DNA of 43,579 nt, taken from positions 1-43,579 of IMG/VR virus record IMGVR_UViG_3300016476_001398. One strand, written 5' to 3'. Source of the DNA: a virus. Lineage: Duplodnaviria; Caudoviricetes. The notes under the pieces were generated by a model. That model made no database searches. It had not been told where the DNA came from and was given only the letters and a program-made list of their open reading frames with translations. Below, in pieces: positions 20,398 to 30,748 of this stretch; the stretch's first letter is position 1; each line of letters opens with the position of its first letter. Both the position numbers and the translations under genes were made by a program.

Positions 20398-22163
20398 TGT
20401 TTATGGCACTTCAAGCAAGTTTAATAGATAATATTTTGAGTCATATTGGAGACGGAAGTCTTACTCCAGTCTCTGGAACTGTCGTCCATACAGTACAAAA
20501 ATGTTTTGTTGATTTAAATTTACAACTGAATGAAAATGTAAATTCATACCTACAGACAAATAGAGTGAGTTTTTCCACGAATCAATATAATTCATCAGAA
20601 GGTCAAGTTTCTCAATTGAAAGTGTTGTTAAACTTTCCAAGTAATCTTGGTGTAGAAGAAGTTGATTTGTATTATTTAGGTTCTTCATCTACAGCTGCCA
20701 CTATAAGTGGAGACATAATGTTTACACAGCAATTAACACAACCTATTAGATTGTCTTGGAGTGCTGGAGAGCAACAAAAGCTTATTTACTTTACAGGTGT
20801 TACAGATTATTTTAGAGAGAATACTGAAGAATTCTTTTTTAAGCTAGATCATTTTTTAAATTGTCAACCAGGTACTTTTGTAAATGCTAAATTAAGTCTT
20901 CTAAACGTAGATAATTTTCCTGATGTTTTTATACAATCTACAAATGGTTCATATTATCCAGATTCGACAGGTGGGTATAAATTAAAGTTTGGACTTAATG
21001 AGGGAGACACTAAAAACATTGTTGTATCTTTATCTTTTCCATCTGTGCAAGGCGGAGAAGAGGTAGATGTAGTTTTCACAAATCAAACAGCTTCCTCTAA
21101 TGATTATACTATAAATATACCACAACCTATTAGATTAAGCTGGGCTGTTGGAGAACAAACAAAAATAATATCTATAAAAGGTAATATAGATGCAGATGCT
21201 TCTGATTTAAACTTAGAAACTTTGCTTGTAGAGTTAAAAAATCCTCTTTACACAAATATATCTGCAACACCTACAACATTACCTAACACTGGGTTTGTTA
21301 AGTTTCCAAGTGCATCTATAGAAATAGTAAATGTGCCACCTATATATGAATATGTAAGAGTTTATTTAGGTCCTTTTTATGCTCAAGCTGGAGGTAAAAA
21401 TATACTTTCTAAATACACAAACTCATTAAAGAATTTTACTTCATATTCTAATGGGTATTCTAAATCCAAAAATTCTAGTTTTATATTATATTCTCAAAAC
21501 GCACCCAATACATATATACCTGCAGGATCATCTGATGTATTAAATAGTTTTAACAAAAGCAGACTTAAGATAGTAATAAAAAACTCTGGAAATTTACCTG
21601 CTCTTATAAATGGCACAAATGTTTCTGTCGGAAACTCTATTGTAGTAGATAATTTAATCGATAATTTCTATATAGATTTACCTGCAAATATGAATTTGGT
21701 ATCTAACAATATAGGTCAAGGAATAGTTCAGGGTGCACAATACACTTTTACTTACGTAATGAGTTATAATGGAAACCCAGGATACTCAGACGGGGATTTT
21801 GTATTGAGGAATTTGAATAATACCGCCTCTCCATCTGGAACTTTTAATTTAAATCCAGTATTTTTCAGCACATCTGACCAAAATTTATTTACAAACCCAT
21901 CAAAAACATATTACATAACAACAAGGTTAAAAAATGTAACAACAGGAAGATCTCTGTCAAATTCTTGCCCTATTAATAGCTTTAATGTTTTAAAAGTAGA
22001 AGATGTCAGACTTAGAGGATTATTTTTTATAGAAAAGTCTACTTCAAGTTTGTTTGGTAGTTTGGAAACTAGATATTTGGGCGTAGAATTTATTCAAAAC
22101 GGAATAATAAATTACACTTGCGCTTATCCTTTACAGCAAGCAATACCTTTTCAAGTTATTTAG
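20397..22163 (+). CDS. Virion structural protein with two tandem Calx-beta-like domains
   Basis: Internal duplication FPS..G.EEVD...QPIRLSWSAGEQQK / QPIRLSWAVGEQTK...D...E. Confidence 0.7.
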   Translation: MFMALQASLIDNILSHIGDGSLTPVSGTVVHTVQKCFVDLNLQLNENVNSYLQTNRVSFSTNQYNSSEGQVSQLKVLLNFPSNLGVEEVDLYYLGSSSTAATISGDIMFTQQLTQPIRLSWSAGEQQKLIYFTGVTDYFRENTEEFFFKLDHFLNCQPGTFVNAKLSLLNVDNFPDVFIQSTNGSYYPDSTGGYKLKFGLNEGDTKNIVVSLSFPSVQGGEEVDVVFTNQTASSNDYTINIPQPIRLSWAVGEQTKIISIKGNIDADASDLNLETLLVELKNPLYTNISATPTTLPNTGFVKFPSASIEIVNVPPIYEYVRVYLGPFYAQAGGKNILSKYTNSLKNFTSYSNGYSKSKNSSFILYSQNAPNTYIPAGSSDVLNSFNKSRLKIVIKNSGNLPALINGTNVSVGNSIVVDNLIDNFYIDLPANMNLVSNNIGQGIVQGAQYTFTYVMSYNGNPGYSDGDFVLRNLNNTASPSGTFNLNPVFFSTSDQNLFTNPSKTYYITTRLKNVTTGRSLSNSCPINSFNVLKVEDVRLRGLFFIEKSTSSLFGSLETRYLGVEFIQNGIINYTCAYPLQQAIPFQVI

Positions 22164-22301
22164 TTTATACTTATATAAAAGTAACTTTATTTTTTAAGAA
22201 AAATACTATATATTTTAAAGATTATAGCAAATGCAAAAATAATATAATTCTATTATGTGCATTGTATTTGGTGTAAAAATAATGATAAAATTATTTCTAA
22301 T

Positions 22302-22309
22302 TATTTATT
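22302..22309 (+). promoter_or_regulatory. Putative late promoter TATTTATT
   Basis: 15 nt before ATG 22325. Confidence 0.5.
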
Positions 22310-22324
22310 TAAAAAATATTAATT

Positions 22325-23203
22325 ATGGCTGTAGGGTTTTATGGGAATGTTAAACTTGCTGATTGCGACTTCAATGATGTTGATATATTTTATTCATTCT
22401 CTCCAAACAGAGAAAATGCTGGTGATGCACAAATGATTCCTCTGTATGATAGTATTACTAACAATGAGTTTAGAAAAATGCTAGGAGTTGATGGTTCTTA
22501 TAAACTTAGATTGCCTGCTGCTATATTTAATCAACTTGGACATTATTTAGTTTTAATTAGACCTAAAAGCTTTGAGACTACAATTACAGATTGTTCTTAT
22601 GTTGTTTCTAGTGTAAATCCAAATGAAATTCAGATTTCAAAAAAAGGAATAGTTATTCCAAAATTACAATTTCAAAGTACTGGAAGTTTAATCGGTTATC
22701 AAATTGAATATTTTGATGATAATGGTGTAAAAATAAAAAATTTACACAGAATTGTCACAAGTAGTGATGTAGTTAGCGTAAGCACAAATTCAAGTAGTAT
22801 TTCTCCTAATGCAACAACCTATTCCTTAGACCCAACAGGATCTCAGTTGTTTTTAACTCTAACTCCTGATGAAGTTTCTTTAATTACAAAAGAACAAAAA
22901 GCAGATCTTGGTATTGCTGGTCAGAAAATAATAATATCAAATACTTTTTTTGACCCTGTAATGATTGAAATAGAAATGGTTGATCAAAATATAAAAACTT
23001 TAAGCTATGGTATTTTCGGTAATTCAATCAGAGATACTGGTACTGGTGTATTTTCTATTTTTGATGAAAATAACAATCTTTATAAACAATACAACTTACT
23101 GACTAGAAAAAGTCAATTCTCTAATGCTATATTAGACATCAAAGAAGAGAGAACGAGTATAAACTTAAATCAGAACTTTGGAAATATATCAACAGGGTTA
23201 TAA
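22325..23203 (+). CDS. Hypothetical virion structural protein
   Basis: 292-aa beta-rich ORF in the structural module. Confidence 0.7.
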   Translation: MAVGFYGNVKLADCDFNDVDIFYSFSPNRENAGDAQMIPLYDSITNNEFRKMLGVDGSYKLRLPAAIFNQLGHYLVLIRPKSFETTITDCSYVVSSVNPNEIQISKKGIVIPKLQFQSTGSLIGYQIEYFDDNGVKIKNLHRIVTSSDVVSVSTNSSSISPNATTYSLDPTGSQLFLTLTPDEVSLITKEQKADLGIAGQKIIISNTFFDPVMIEIEMVDQNIKTLSYGIFGNSIRDTGTGVFSIFDENNNLYKQYNLLTRKSQFSNAILDIKEERTSINLNQNFGNISTGL

Positions 23204-23206
23204 CTC

Positions 23207-26200
23207 TTAAAAAGAGCTTAACCCTGATCTTTTCCAACCCGTACTAGTTTTTATATATATATAATTATCATCTCTAGTTATTTGCCCTTCTGTTCCTGTG
23301 GAATCATTAGAAGATGTTGGTGTATATAAAGGTATTTTAGGGCTGTTTGATAATTCTTTTATAGATTCTACCAATAAAGCTGAAACATCTTTATATTGAA
23401 CTCCTAAATAACCATCTGTTTGACTTGAGAATGTTAACTCAGGAACAACACCGCTTACTTCTTGGGCAATAAATCCGTATCTTAACGCATCACCTCCAGC
23501 ACTTCTGTCTTTCCAGTTATAAGTTACACCTCTAAGGTTTTTAACTTTATCTAAAGCTCCTTTGATTGTGTTTATGTTTTCTTTTAGTCTTTCGTCTGAA
23601 GCTTGGTTCACAACAAATCCGTTCGCATCAACACCAATATCTGTTGTTCCAGGTCCAGCGCCAACACTCTTTATGTTTAAACCTTGAACGTAAGTGTTGT
23701 AAGCTGTATTTCCTGTTAAATTCCAACCCAAAACTATTGTACCATCAGCATTTGCATATGAATTGTAACCAAAAGCAAAAGAAGTGTTTCCATTTGCTTC
23801 ACTAACGTTACCAAAAGCTACAGAATATCCTCCATTTGCTTTAACTCCATTTCCGTGAGCAAAAGAGGTATTTCCAGAGGCTATTGATAAATTACCTCCA
23901 ACGTGTGAATAATTACCTATAGCAGTTGTAGTTGCGCCTTCTGCGTGAGTTTTATCTCCTATAGCTGTAGTGTCATAACCTTCAGTATGTGAATAATCAC
24001 CTACCGCAGATGTTTGATATCCTTCTGCGTGTGTTGTATTTCCAGACGCTTTAGTGCTTCTACCTTCAGAGTGAGAAAAATCACCTATAGTTGTTGTTTG
24101 ATATCCTTCTGCGTGAGAATAATCTCCTTGAGCATAAGTTTGAATACCTTCTGCATGAGAATACATTCCTTCAGCAATTGCTAACCTTCCTTCTGCGTGA
24201 GAGCTTTGACCAATTGCTGTCGAACCATATCCTTCAGCGTGTGCATAAATACCAGAAGCGGTTGTCTCTCGTCCTTCGGCATGAGAATAATTACCTGATG
24301 CTAAAGTAATCCACCCTTCAGAATGCGAAGATTGACCACTCGCAGTAGTTGAATTTCCTTCAGCATGAGCATAAAACCCTTTGGTTGTTGTTTGATATCC
24401 TTCAGCATGAGAAAAATCTCCTAAAGCTATAGTTAAACCGCCTTCAGCATGAGAACCTCCTGCGGAAGCTGTTGTGTTTAAACCCTCAGCGTGTGCACTA
24501 TCTCCACTAGCCCAAGTTTGATATCCTTCTGCATGAGCATATATTGTAGTAGCACTAGTCATATAGTTTTGTGCATGAGAATAATCTCCGATAGCCACAG
24601 AGTTCCATCCTTCAGCGTGAGCTGAATCTCCTTGAGCTGTTGATGCTGTACCTTCTGCGTGTGAATATACACCAATAGCAGTAGATGCTACACCTTCTGC
24701 GTGAGAACCCATTCCTATAGCTGTATTTTGAAAACCTTCAACATGCGAATATTTTCCTAGTGCTGTTGTTTGCATACCTTCAGCATGAGAAGATATTCCA
24801 CTGGCAATTGTTCTATCTCCTTCTGCGTGAGAAGACAATGCAACAGCGGTTGTTCCAGATCCTTCGGCATGAGCTGAGTCTCTTAGTGCTTTAGAAAAAT
24901 ACCCCTCCGCATGAGATTGTAACCCTGAAGCGGTTGTGTAATAACCTTCAGCGTGCGCATACCATGCACCCGTTAATGTTGTTGTTTCTCTACCTTCTAC
25001 GTGAGAATAATCACCAAAAGCTTTTGTGTATACACCTTCTGCATGAGAACTAATACCTCCAGCTGTTGTCTGAGTACCTTCAGCGTGAGATGATTGTCCT
25101 GTAGCTATTGTTATTTCACCTTCAGCGTGAGAATAACCTCCACTAGCGGTTGTTAAATAGCCTTCTGCATGAGCTGCAGTGCTTGTTGTTCTAGCAGATT
25201 GACCTTCAGCATGTGAGTAAAGCCCGTTTGCATATGTAAAGTATCCTTCTGCATGTGAATATGCAGAATTTGCAGTAGTTCTACCTCCTTCTGAGTGTGC
25301 GCCATTTGCGCTTGCAGTTGTTCCAGATCCTTCGGCGTGAGTCGCTGTAAAACTAGCCCAATTTAATTGTCCTTCAGCGTGCGAGTACATACCACTTGCT
25401 ATTGTTAATACACCTTCTGCATGAGCAGCTTGCTGTGAAGCTGTTGTAGATATTCCCTCTGAGTGAGAATTTACAGCTGTGGCTAAAGTGCTTGAACCTT
25501 CTGCGTGAGCATAATTTGCACTTGCCGTTGTCCCCCATCCTTCAGCGTGAGACCATCCTCCAGAAGCAGTTGTATTTTCCCCTTCAGCATGCGAATAATC
25601 CCCGTTTGCTTTTGTGTTATATCCCTCTGAATGTGAATATTCACCCCTTGCAGTTGTATATCCACCTTCTGCGTGAGACGATGTTCCTGTAGCTATTGTC
25701 ATTATACCCTCAGTGTGAGAAAAATTCCCTATAGCTGTTGTCTGTCGACCTTCCGAGTGAGCAGCTGAACCGCTTGTAGTAGTTTGTTGACCTTCAGCGT
25801 GAGACCTTAATCCATTTGCGTTTGTTTGATATCCTTCAGCATGAGAAGCTGCGCCATTTGCTGTTGTTTTTTCTCCTTCAGCATGAGCTGTAATTCCACT
25901 AGCTGTTGTCTGATATCCTTCTGAGTGTGAATAATCACCTCCTGCTGTTGTTTGACTACCTTCTGCTACGGATGTTATACCACTTGATATATTAGAGCCT
26001 CCTACTTGAGCCACAGAATTTGCTCCAGACCCACTTGACCAAACAGAAGAGCTTGATGTGGCAAAAATATTATATAAATTTGTACCACCTGAATATATAG
26101 TAGACGCACTTAAAGTGTTTGCAGATAATATATTTCCATTTGCAGTTCCAGAAAATGATAAATTATTAACAGAAGGTGAGCTAGATAAGTTTATTATAGG

Positions 26201-26449
26201 ATTATTTCCAGTACCTCCAGTTGTAATATTTGAACCTTGCTGAACTCTGGTAATGTCATTTCCATCATTAGTAGTAATGAATATGTTATACAAATCAGTT
26301 CCTGCTGAATAAATAACGCCGCCAGTTCCAGCAGATAAGTTTCCAGAAATTTTAACATTATTAAAATCTGCAGTCCCGCTAAATTGACTATTTAAAGAAA
26401 CTCTTCCAGCTCCAAAGGTTACCCCAGTAGGTATTAATTCTCCAATCAT
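23207..26449 (-). CDS. Tail fibre/adhesin with YadA-head-like 14-aa repeats and peptidase S74 intramolecular chaperone
   Basis: 53 xGxxSHAEGxxTxA repeats; ASDERLKENI...LRGVTYNW...YGFIAQEV S74 motif; extra C-terminal PTSS..GQITRDDNYIYIK..WKR module. Confidence 0.88.
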   Translation of the reverse strand: MIGELIPTGVTFGAGRVSLNSQFSGTADFNNVKISGNLSAGTGGVIYSAGTDLYNIFITTNDGNDITRVQQGSNITTGGTGNNPIINLSSSPSVNNLSFSGTANGNILSANTLSASTIYSGGTNLYNIFATSSSSVWSSGSGANSVAQVGGSNISSGITSVAEGSQTTAGGDYSHSEGYQTTASGITAHAEGEKTTANGAASHAEGYQTNANGLRSHAEGQQTTTSGSAAHSEGRQTTAIGNFSHTEGIMTIATGTSSHAEGGYTTARGEYSHSEGYNTKANGDYSHAEGENTTASGGWSHAEGWGTTASANYAHAEGSSTLATAVNSHSEGISTTASQQAAHAEGVLTIASGMYSHAEGQLNWASFTATHAEGSGTTASANGAHSEGGRTTANSAYSHAEGYFTYANGLYSHAEGQSARTTSTAAHAEGYLTTASGGYSHAEGEITIATGQSSHAEGTQTTAGGISSHAEGVYTKAFGDYSHVEGRETTTLTGAWYAHAEGYYTTASGLQSHAEGYFSKALRDSAHAEGSGTTAVALSSHAEGDRTIASGISSHAEGMQTTALGKYSHVEGFQNTAIGMGSHAEGVASTAIGVYSHAEGTASTAQGDSAHAEGWNSVAIGDYSHAQNYMTSATTIYAHAEGYQTWASGDSAHAEGLNTTASAGGSHAEGGLTIALGDFSHAEGYQTTTKGFYAHAEGNSTTASGQSSHSEGWITLASGNYSHAEGRETTASGIYAHAEGYGSTAIGQSSHAEGRLAIAEGMYSHAEGIQTYAQGDYSHAEGYQTTTIGDFSHSEGRSTKASGNTTHAEGYQTSAVGDYSHTEGYDTTAIGDKTHAEGATTTAIGNYSHVGGNLSIASGNTSFAHGNGVKANGGYSVAFGNVSEANGNTSFAFGYNSYANADGTIVLGWNLTGNTAYNTYVQGLNIKSVGAGPGTTDIGVDANGFVVNQASDERLKENINTIKGALDKVKNLRGVTYNWKDRSAGGDALRYGFIAQEVSGVVPELTFSSQTDGYLGVQYKDVSALLVESIKELSNSPKIPLYTPTSSNDSTGTEGQITRDDNYIYIKTSTGWKRSGLSSF
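23753..25984 (-). repeat. Coding 42-bp tandem repeat (53 units plus one 6-bp insertion)
   Basis: + strand core CCTTCWGCRTGWGA every 42 nt; span 2232 = 53x42 + 6. Confidence 0.9.
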
Positions 26450-26463
26450 TTTTATTATTTTTT

Positions 26464-26471
26464 AATAAATA
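26464..26471 (-). promoter_or_regulatory. Putative late promoter TATTTATT
   Basis: 14 nt before fibre start 26449 on the - strand. Confidence 0.55.
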
Positions 26472-26476
26472 GTTTT

Positions 26477-28093
26477 TTAATATTTAATTATGTCGTTTTC
26501 TTTAACAATCCACTTATCATAAATATTATCCCATCTTACTTGAAGTTCTATATTTAGCGTGGTGTTTGCTGTTAAATTTACATTTTGAACATTTTGTTCA
26601 TAACCACGATAATTAGTGTTTAAAGTGTAACTTCCTGATTCTAAATCTAAAAACTCAAAATATCCACTTGTATCTGTAGTGGTTGTGATAAAAGCAGAAT
26701 TAGGAAATATTAATTGCATTGTAGCTCCTGTTACTATACTTCCAGAAACATATCCGCTTAACATATATTCAGCTAATGGAGATTCAGTATCTAATGATTC
26801 AGGAGTTGTAAATTCAGCTATAGTATCTATATGAGGGCTATCAGATTGAACTTTTACATAAGGTTTTATAGCATCATATTGAGTAGTTGCAGATTTTGTT
26901 TCAGAAAAACTAACTACAAATTGTCTAACTCCAAAAATGTTTTCTACATACTTGACATTTCCTATTCTATATAAAAAGTTGCTTGATTTACCTTTAAGTG
27001 GTATTGCTGCACTTCTTATAGTTTTTTCAGACATAAAGTTAGAATCTGGTGTTTGTATTCTACTTTCTGCTACATGTTTGTTTTGTTCATCTTTTCCAAT
27101 TGGATAATTAAAAACAGTTCCAGAAAAAGCAGTATCACCAGTATTATAAGTTATCTGAACTAGATATTCATCAGCTTTTTCGCTTTTAGACCAAAAAAAT
27201 TCAGGAGAGAATGTATCTAACTCACCTTCAACTTTAGGATACTCCAAGTTAGGTTTTTCTGGTACTTTGAAGTATGAAAAATAAGCCCCTCTTACTTCTA
27301 AACCTTTAAAGTCACCAGCACTTATAGTGTGAGAAGGTTTGGAAGCTGTAAAAGTTAATTTATCTTGCCAATCAGACTCAACTAATTGACCATTTTCTTC
27401 ATAATAATACTTATCATAACCTCTATTTCTATTTATTTCAAACTCAAACTCAGTTTCAATAAAATATTGCGCTTTATCTTCAAATAACTCCTCTTTAAAT
27501 CTACCTAATGTTTTTGAATATTGATCTGGGTAAAAATCATATACGTTTGTAGAAATATCTTGAGTGCTCGCTGTATAAACAGCAAAAGGTTCAGATAATA
27601 AAGGTTGTAATAAACTAGCACCTTCAAACGTCAAAGGCTCGTCATACCCTCTTACATAATTAATTTTAGAATTAGAACCTAATTTTTCTCTATTTCTTTG
27701 AGTGTATTTAAATTCTGGTTGTTCCTCTGTTTGTCTCGTTACAACTTCTTTTTCTATTTCTGAAGTAGGTTGATTTATTTGAAAATTCTTAAAACTATCA
27801 TAATCTATTTTATATATTTTATGAGTAATTTTTGTTATAGAAGTAATTGCGCTTGTACTTGCTGTAAATGTATATCTTATAAATGGTTTAGATAAATTTG
27901 TAAATACACTTAATGGGTCTTGACCATAATAATCTTCTGTCCCACCAATAGTTCTGTATGTAGGTATTTCCTGTACAAAAGTAGGTGTATAAGTGAGATT
28001 AGATAAAGCCCAATAGTTATTGTATAACACTTGAGAGTAAGACTCATTATCTCCTACGGTGGTAAAGTTTCTATTATAATTAATTAACGGCAT
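26477..28093 (-). CDS. Virion structural protein with FN3-like and carboxypeptidase-regulatory-like beta-sandwiches
   Basis: PNLEYP..PEFFWSKSEKADEYLVQI; LSGYV..GATMQL..TTTDTSGYFEFLDLESGSYTL..YRGY. Confidence 0.65.
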   Translation of the reverse strand: MPLINYNRNFTTVGDNESYSQVLYNNYWALSNLTYTPTFVQEIPTYRTIGGTEDYYGQDPLSVFTNLSKPFIRYTFTASTSAITSITKITHKIYKIDYDSFKNFQINQPTSEIEKEVVTRQTEEQPEFKYTQRNREKLGSNSKINYVRGYDEPLTFEGASLLQPLLSEPFAVYTASTQDISTNVYDFYPDQYSKTLGRFKEELFEDKAQYFIETEFEFEINRNRGYDKYYYEENGQLVESDWQDKLTFTASKPSHTISAGDFKGLEVRGAYFSYFKVPEKPNLEYPKVEGELDTFSPEFFWSKSEKADEYLVQITYNTGDTAFSGTVFNYPIGKDEQNKHVAESRIQTPDSNFMSEKTIRSAAIPLKGKSSNFLYRIGNVKYVENIFGVRQFVVSFSETKSATTQYDAIKPYVKVQSDSPHIDTIAEFTTPESLDTESPLAEYMLSGYVSGSIVTGATMQLIFPNSAFITTTTDTSGYFEFLDLESGSYTLNTNYRGYEQNVQNVNLTANTTLNIELQVRWDNIYDKWIVKENDIIKY

Positions 28094-28105
28094 ATTTTAT
28101 TTTTT

Positions 28106-30613
28106 TTATGGAACTAATAAGGTTGGTGGGCCAGCAGGGCCGCTACTCCAAACAGGAGGCCAAGGTTGAACTTGTGTTTGAGTTGTACTTCCAGCAGTTC
28201 CTCCTCCTATTGTAAATGAGCTTATATTTGACACTACAGTGTTTGGATTTATTAACATTTGCATATTTCTATAAACTAGTGTATCTGTCATTGTTTGAAC
28301 CAATGTTGCATTTAGTTGTAAATCCGATAAGTTTAATTTTATTTCATCATTAATTTCCCCATCTATATCTATTACTTGTAAGTTAGGTTCAAAAACTTCT
28401 AGTTTTGTTCTAAATTCAGAACCATCATTAACGCCAGGTTTATAAACGAATTTCTGTCTATTAAACACTGTGTTTCTAATCACGGTACCTTCACAGTCTA
28501 ATATTGTAGTAGCTGGTATAAGTTGTTTTACATAAGTATTAAAACTAACCTCGATTAAATCTAAAAATGGTTGTAGTTTGTGAAAAGTTAATCTATTAGA
28601 TTGTGGATTACTCCACATATAATAGTGTAAATATGCATTTCTAAGCTCTGGATAGAAAAAAGAAGTGTCTGTATATCCTAACGTCTTTCTATTTCTTGGA
28701 TTTATTGAGTTTGTGTAAATATGGTCAAGATATTGATTCAACGTCATACCAGTTATATTATCTGGCTGAATTGTATTACAATCAACTGAATATTCAAAGG
28801 GTACAGTTAAAGAACTAAACGGAGGAGCGAAGCTACCCCAAACCCAACATGTTCCACTTGTTTGATAGAAACCAAAAACATCACATTCAATACCTTGTGC
28901 AGGATCTATGGCTAAGCAAACTTCTTTTGAATTTATTATATCTTGAGAACCAAATACGTTTTCATCACCAACAACAACTTTAATGTTATCTATTTTTTCC
29001 TGTGGATCAAAAATTGGTCTCCATTGGTTTATATATCTATCCCCATTACCTCTTCCTGTTCCTCCTTCTTGAAAAATATAAGATGATGCTCCATAATTTA
29101 TATATCCATTTTCATTAGTTGGGTTTATAAACAAATCATCTATCGCAGTTCCTTGCGCTATCTGAGAAGGTGAAAGAGCAATGTTTCCAAGATTTGAATC
29201 GTCGTAAAAGGTTTTTTCTATTTTGTATGTAAGCTCATCAAATCTCAGCAAACAATCTGGAGCTCCTAATAATCTAAATATAAACTGAATAGCATCTCTA
29301 GTACCTTTTCTTTTGTAAAGCCAATTGATGTTTATTAATATTCTTCTCCAAATCTCTAAATTATAGTATGAAAATGTATTATTTGACCCATTAATATCGC
29401 TTGATAAATATTCAAATAAATCTAACTCATTAAAACTATCAGATAATTTCCAACCTAATAAATTACTAAGTTTTTTTAAGTATTTATCAGGAACATTTTC
29501 TACTTTATTATACGTTATCGAATGTGCATATGCAATCCCATCAATATACTTTTTTATTTCATCAAACTCATGTCCATAAGTTTGAACTAAAGTGGCATAT
29601 ATTCTTTGATTTGAATCTAGTTGTATATAATTTTCTGGAATTACTGTTTTAACCAACATATTGGTTTTTGCTTCATCTGTTGCAATGGCAGAATTAAGTA
29701 ATCTAACAGAAAAGTTTTGAAGGTAAACACCAAACGTGTCTGGATTAAAACCATCTATTGTTTTTGGCCAAATATATTGTGTTTTTATTGGTGTTAAATC
29801 ATCTTCAGCTTTTACAGTTTCCAATATGAACCCATTAAGCATGTTTGCTTCTAGTTCAGTTAATGTAAATTTATAGTTTGCTAATCTTTTTTGTGTTGGT
29901 CTTATGTAGATAGGTAATGTGCTCGTAGATCCTGTTACGCCTTCCAAAAAGTCATCTATAGAAAATTGAAGATAGGCATTTGTGTCTGCTGAAAATAAAA
30001 ATTCTTTTATTTCTAAAATTTTTGTTTGAGCAGATGTTGTGGCGCTCATTTGTATAGCAAATTGATCATAATTTGCCGCAAGAGAAATAGAACCAGGAGT
30101 TCCTCCTGAATTTATAATAACTCCGCCTTGATTTATTAAAGAAGGAAAAGGAATTTTAAATGTTGTAACAACTTTCCCTGTCGTGTTATTATAGTTTGTT
30201 GTATAATCATAAATTGTTGTTCCAGACCCTCCGTTATATGCTAGAATTGCATAAGGGAAATTTTCTATAATAGAGTTAATTGCATTGGCAACATCAGTAT
30301 AGAAAGAACCAAAATAAGAATATGAATTTGGATTTGATGGATTTAAATTTAATTCACTAGGAGAAACGCTATATGAATTTTTAGGTGTTAAATCTGCAGC
30401 TCCTAAGCTATCTAATGTGGAAAAGTGGTCAAATCCTAAGGCGAGAGTACCACCTGTTATTCCATCTGTTGGATTATCTACGTACAATCTAAAGTCACCA
30501 AAAGTAAAAATAGATGGTGAATTTGTATTTAATAAACGTATGTCTTCACCAGGTCTATAAAATATAGACAAGGTGTTTGCTGTATCTGGTAATGTTAAAA
30601 AATTAGAAGGCAC
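28106..30613 (-). CDS. Baseplate wedge protein with P2 gpI / T4 gp7-like segment
   Basis: VPDKYLKKLSNLLGW...ILININWLYKRKGTRDAIQFIFRLLG, VKQLIPATT; GTG 30613 preferred as start because the late motif lies inside the longer TTG ORF. Confidence 0.7.
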   Translation of the reverse strand: MPSNFLTLPDTANTLSIFYRPGEDIRLLNTNSPSIFTFGDFRLYVDNPTDGITGGTLALGFDHFSTLDSLGAADLTPKNSYSVSPSELNLNPSNPNSYSYFGSFYTDVANAINSIIENFPYAILAYNGGSGTTIYDYTTNYNNTTGKVVTTFKIPFPSLINQGGVIINSGGTPGSISLAANYDQFAIQMSATTSAQTKILEIKEFLFSADTNAYLQFSIDDFLEGVTGSTSTLPIYIRPTQKRLANYKFTLTELEANMLNGFILETVKAEDDLTPIKTQYIWPKTIDGFNPDTFGVYLQNFSVRLLNSAIATDEAKTNMLVKTVIPENYIQLDSNQRIYATLVQTYGHEFDEIKKYIDGIAYAHSITYNKVENVPDKYLKKLSNLLGWKLSDSFNELDLFEYLSSDINGSNNTFSYYNLEIWRRILININWLYKRKGTRDAIQFIFRLLGAPDCLLRFDELTYKIEKTFYDDSNLGNIALSPSQIAQGTAIDDLFINPTNENGYINYGASSYIFQEGGTGRGNGDRYINQWRPIFDPQEKIDNIKVVVGDENVFGSQDIINSKEVCLAIDPAQGIECDVFGFYQTSGTCWVWGSFAPPFSSLTVPFEYSVDCNTIQPDNITGMTLNQYLDHIYTNSINPRNRKTLGYTDTSFFYPELRNAYLHYYMWSNPQSNRLTFHKLQPFLDLIEVSFNTYVKQLIPATTILDCEGTVIRNTVFNRQKFVYKPGVNDGSEFRTKLEVFEPNLQVIDIDGEINDEIKLNLSDLQLNATLVQTMTDTLVYRNMQMLINPNTVVSNISSFTIGGGTAGSTTQTQVQPWPPVWSSGPAGPPTLLVP

Positions 30614-30628
30614 TTCAATAATATTTTT

Positions 30629-30738
30629 TATAAATATTACCAAAAAACAATTCGAATCTAAAAGGTTATTACTTTTTAGATGAAAACTATTTAGATTAAT
30701 TAATTTTTATAATAATTTTTATCGAATATTTATTTATA
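30629..30738. promoter_or_regulatory. Divergent pair of putative late promoters
   Basis: TATTTATA on - (30629-30636) and TATTTATTTATA on + (30727-30738, 10 nt before ATG 30749). Confidence 0.6.
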
Positions 30739-30748
30739 AAAATATAAA

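Noticed and set aside
12998-22163. Diversity-generating retroelement targets in large adhesin-like genes
   Set aside because: No reverse transcriptase and no template/variable repeat pair noticed.
22164-22324. ncRNA in the longest intergenic gap
   Set aside because: Only a weak AT-rich imperfect hairpin (about 22228-22270); no tRNA or other recognisable fold.
23753-25984. CRISPR-like array (constant core plus variable spacers at a 42-bp period)
   Set aside because: The core varies at synonymous positions, the period is 14 codons, and the array is in frame within the fibre ORF: a protein repeat.
23207-30643. Invertible tail-fibre cassette
   Set aside because: No flanking inverted repeats or recombinase seen, and the block has its own correctly oriented late motifs.
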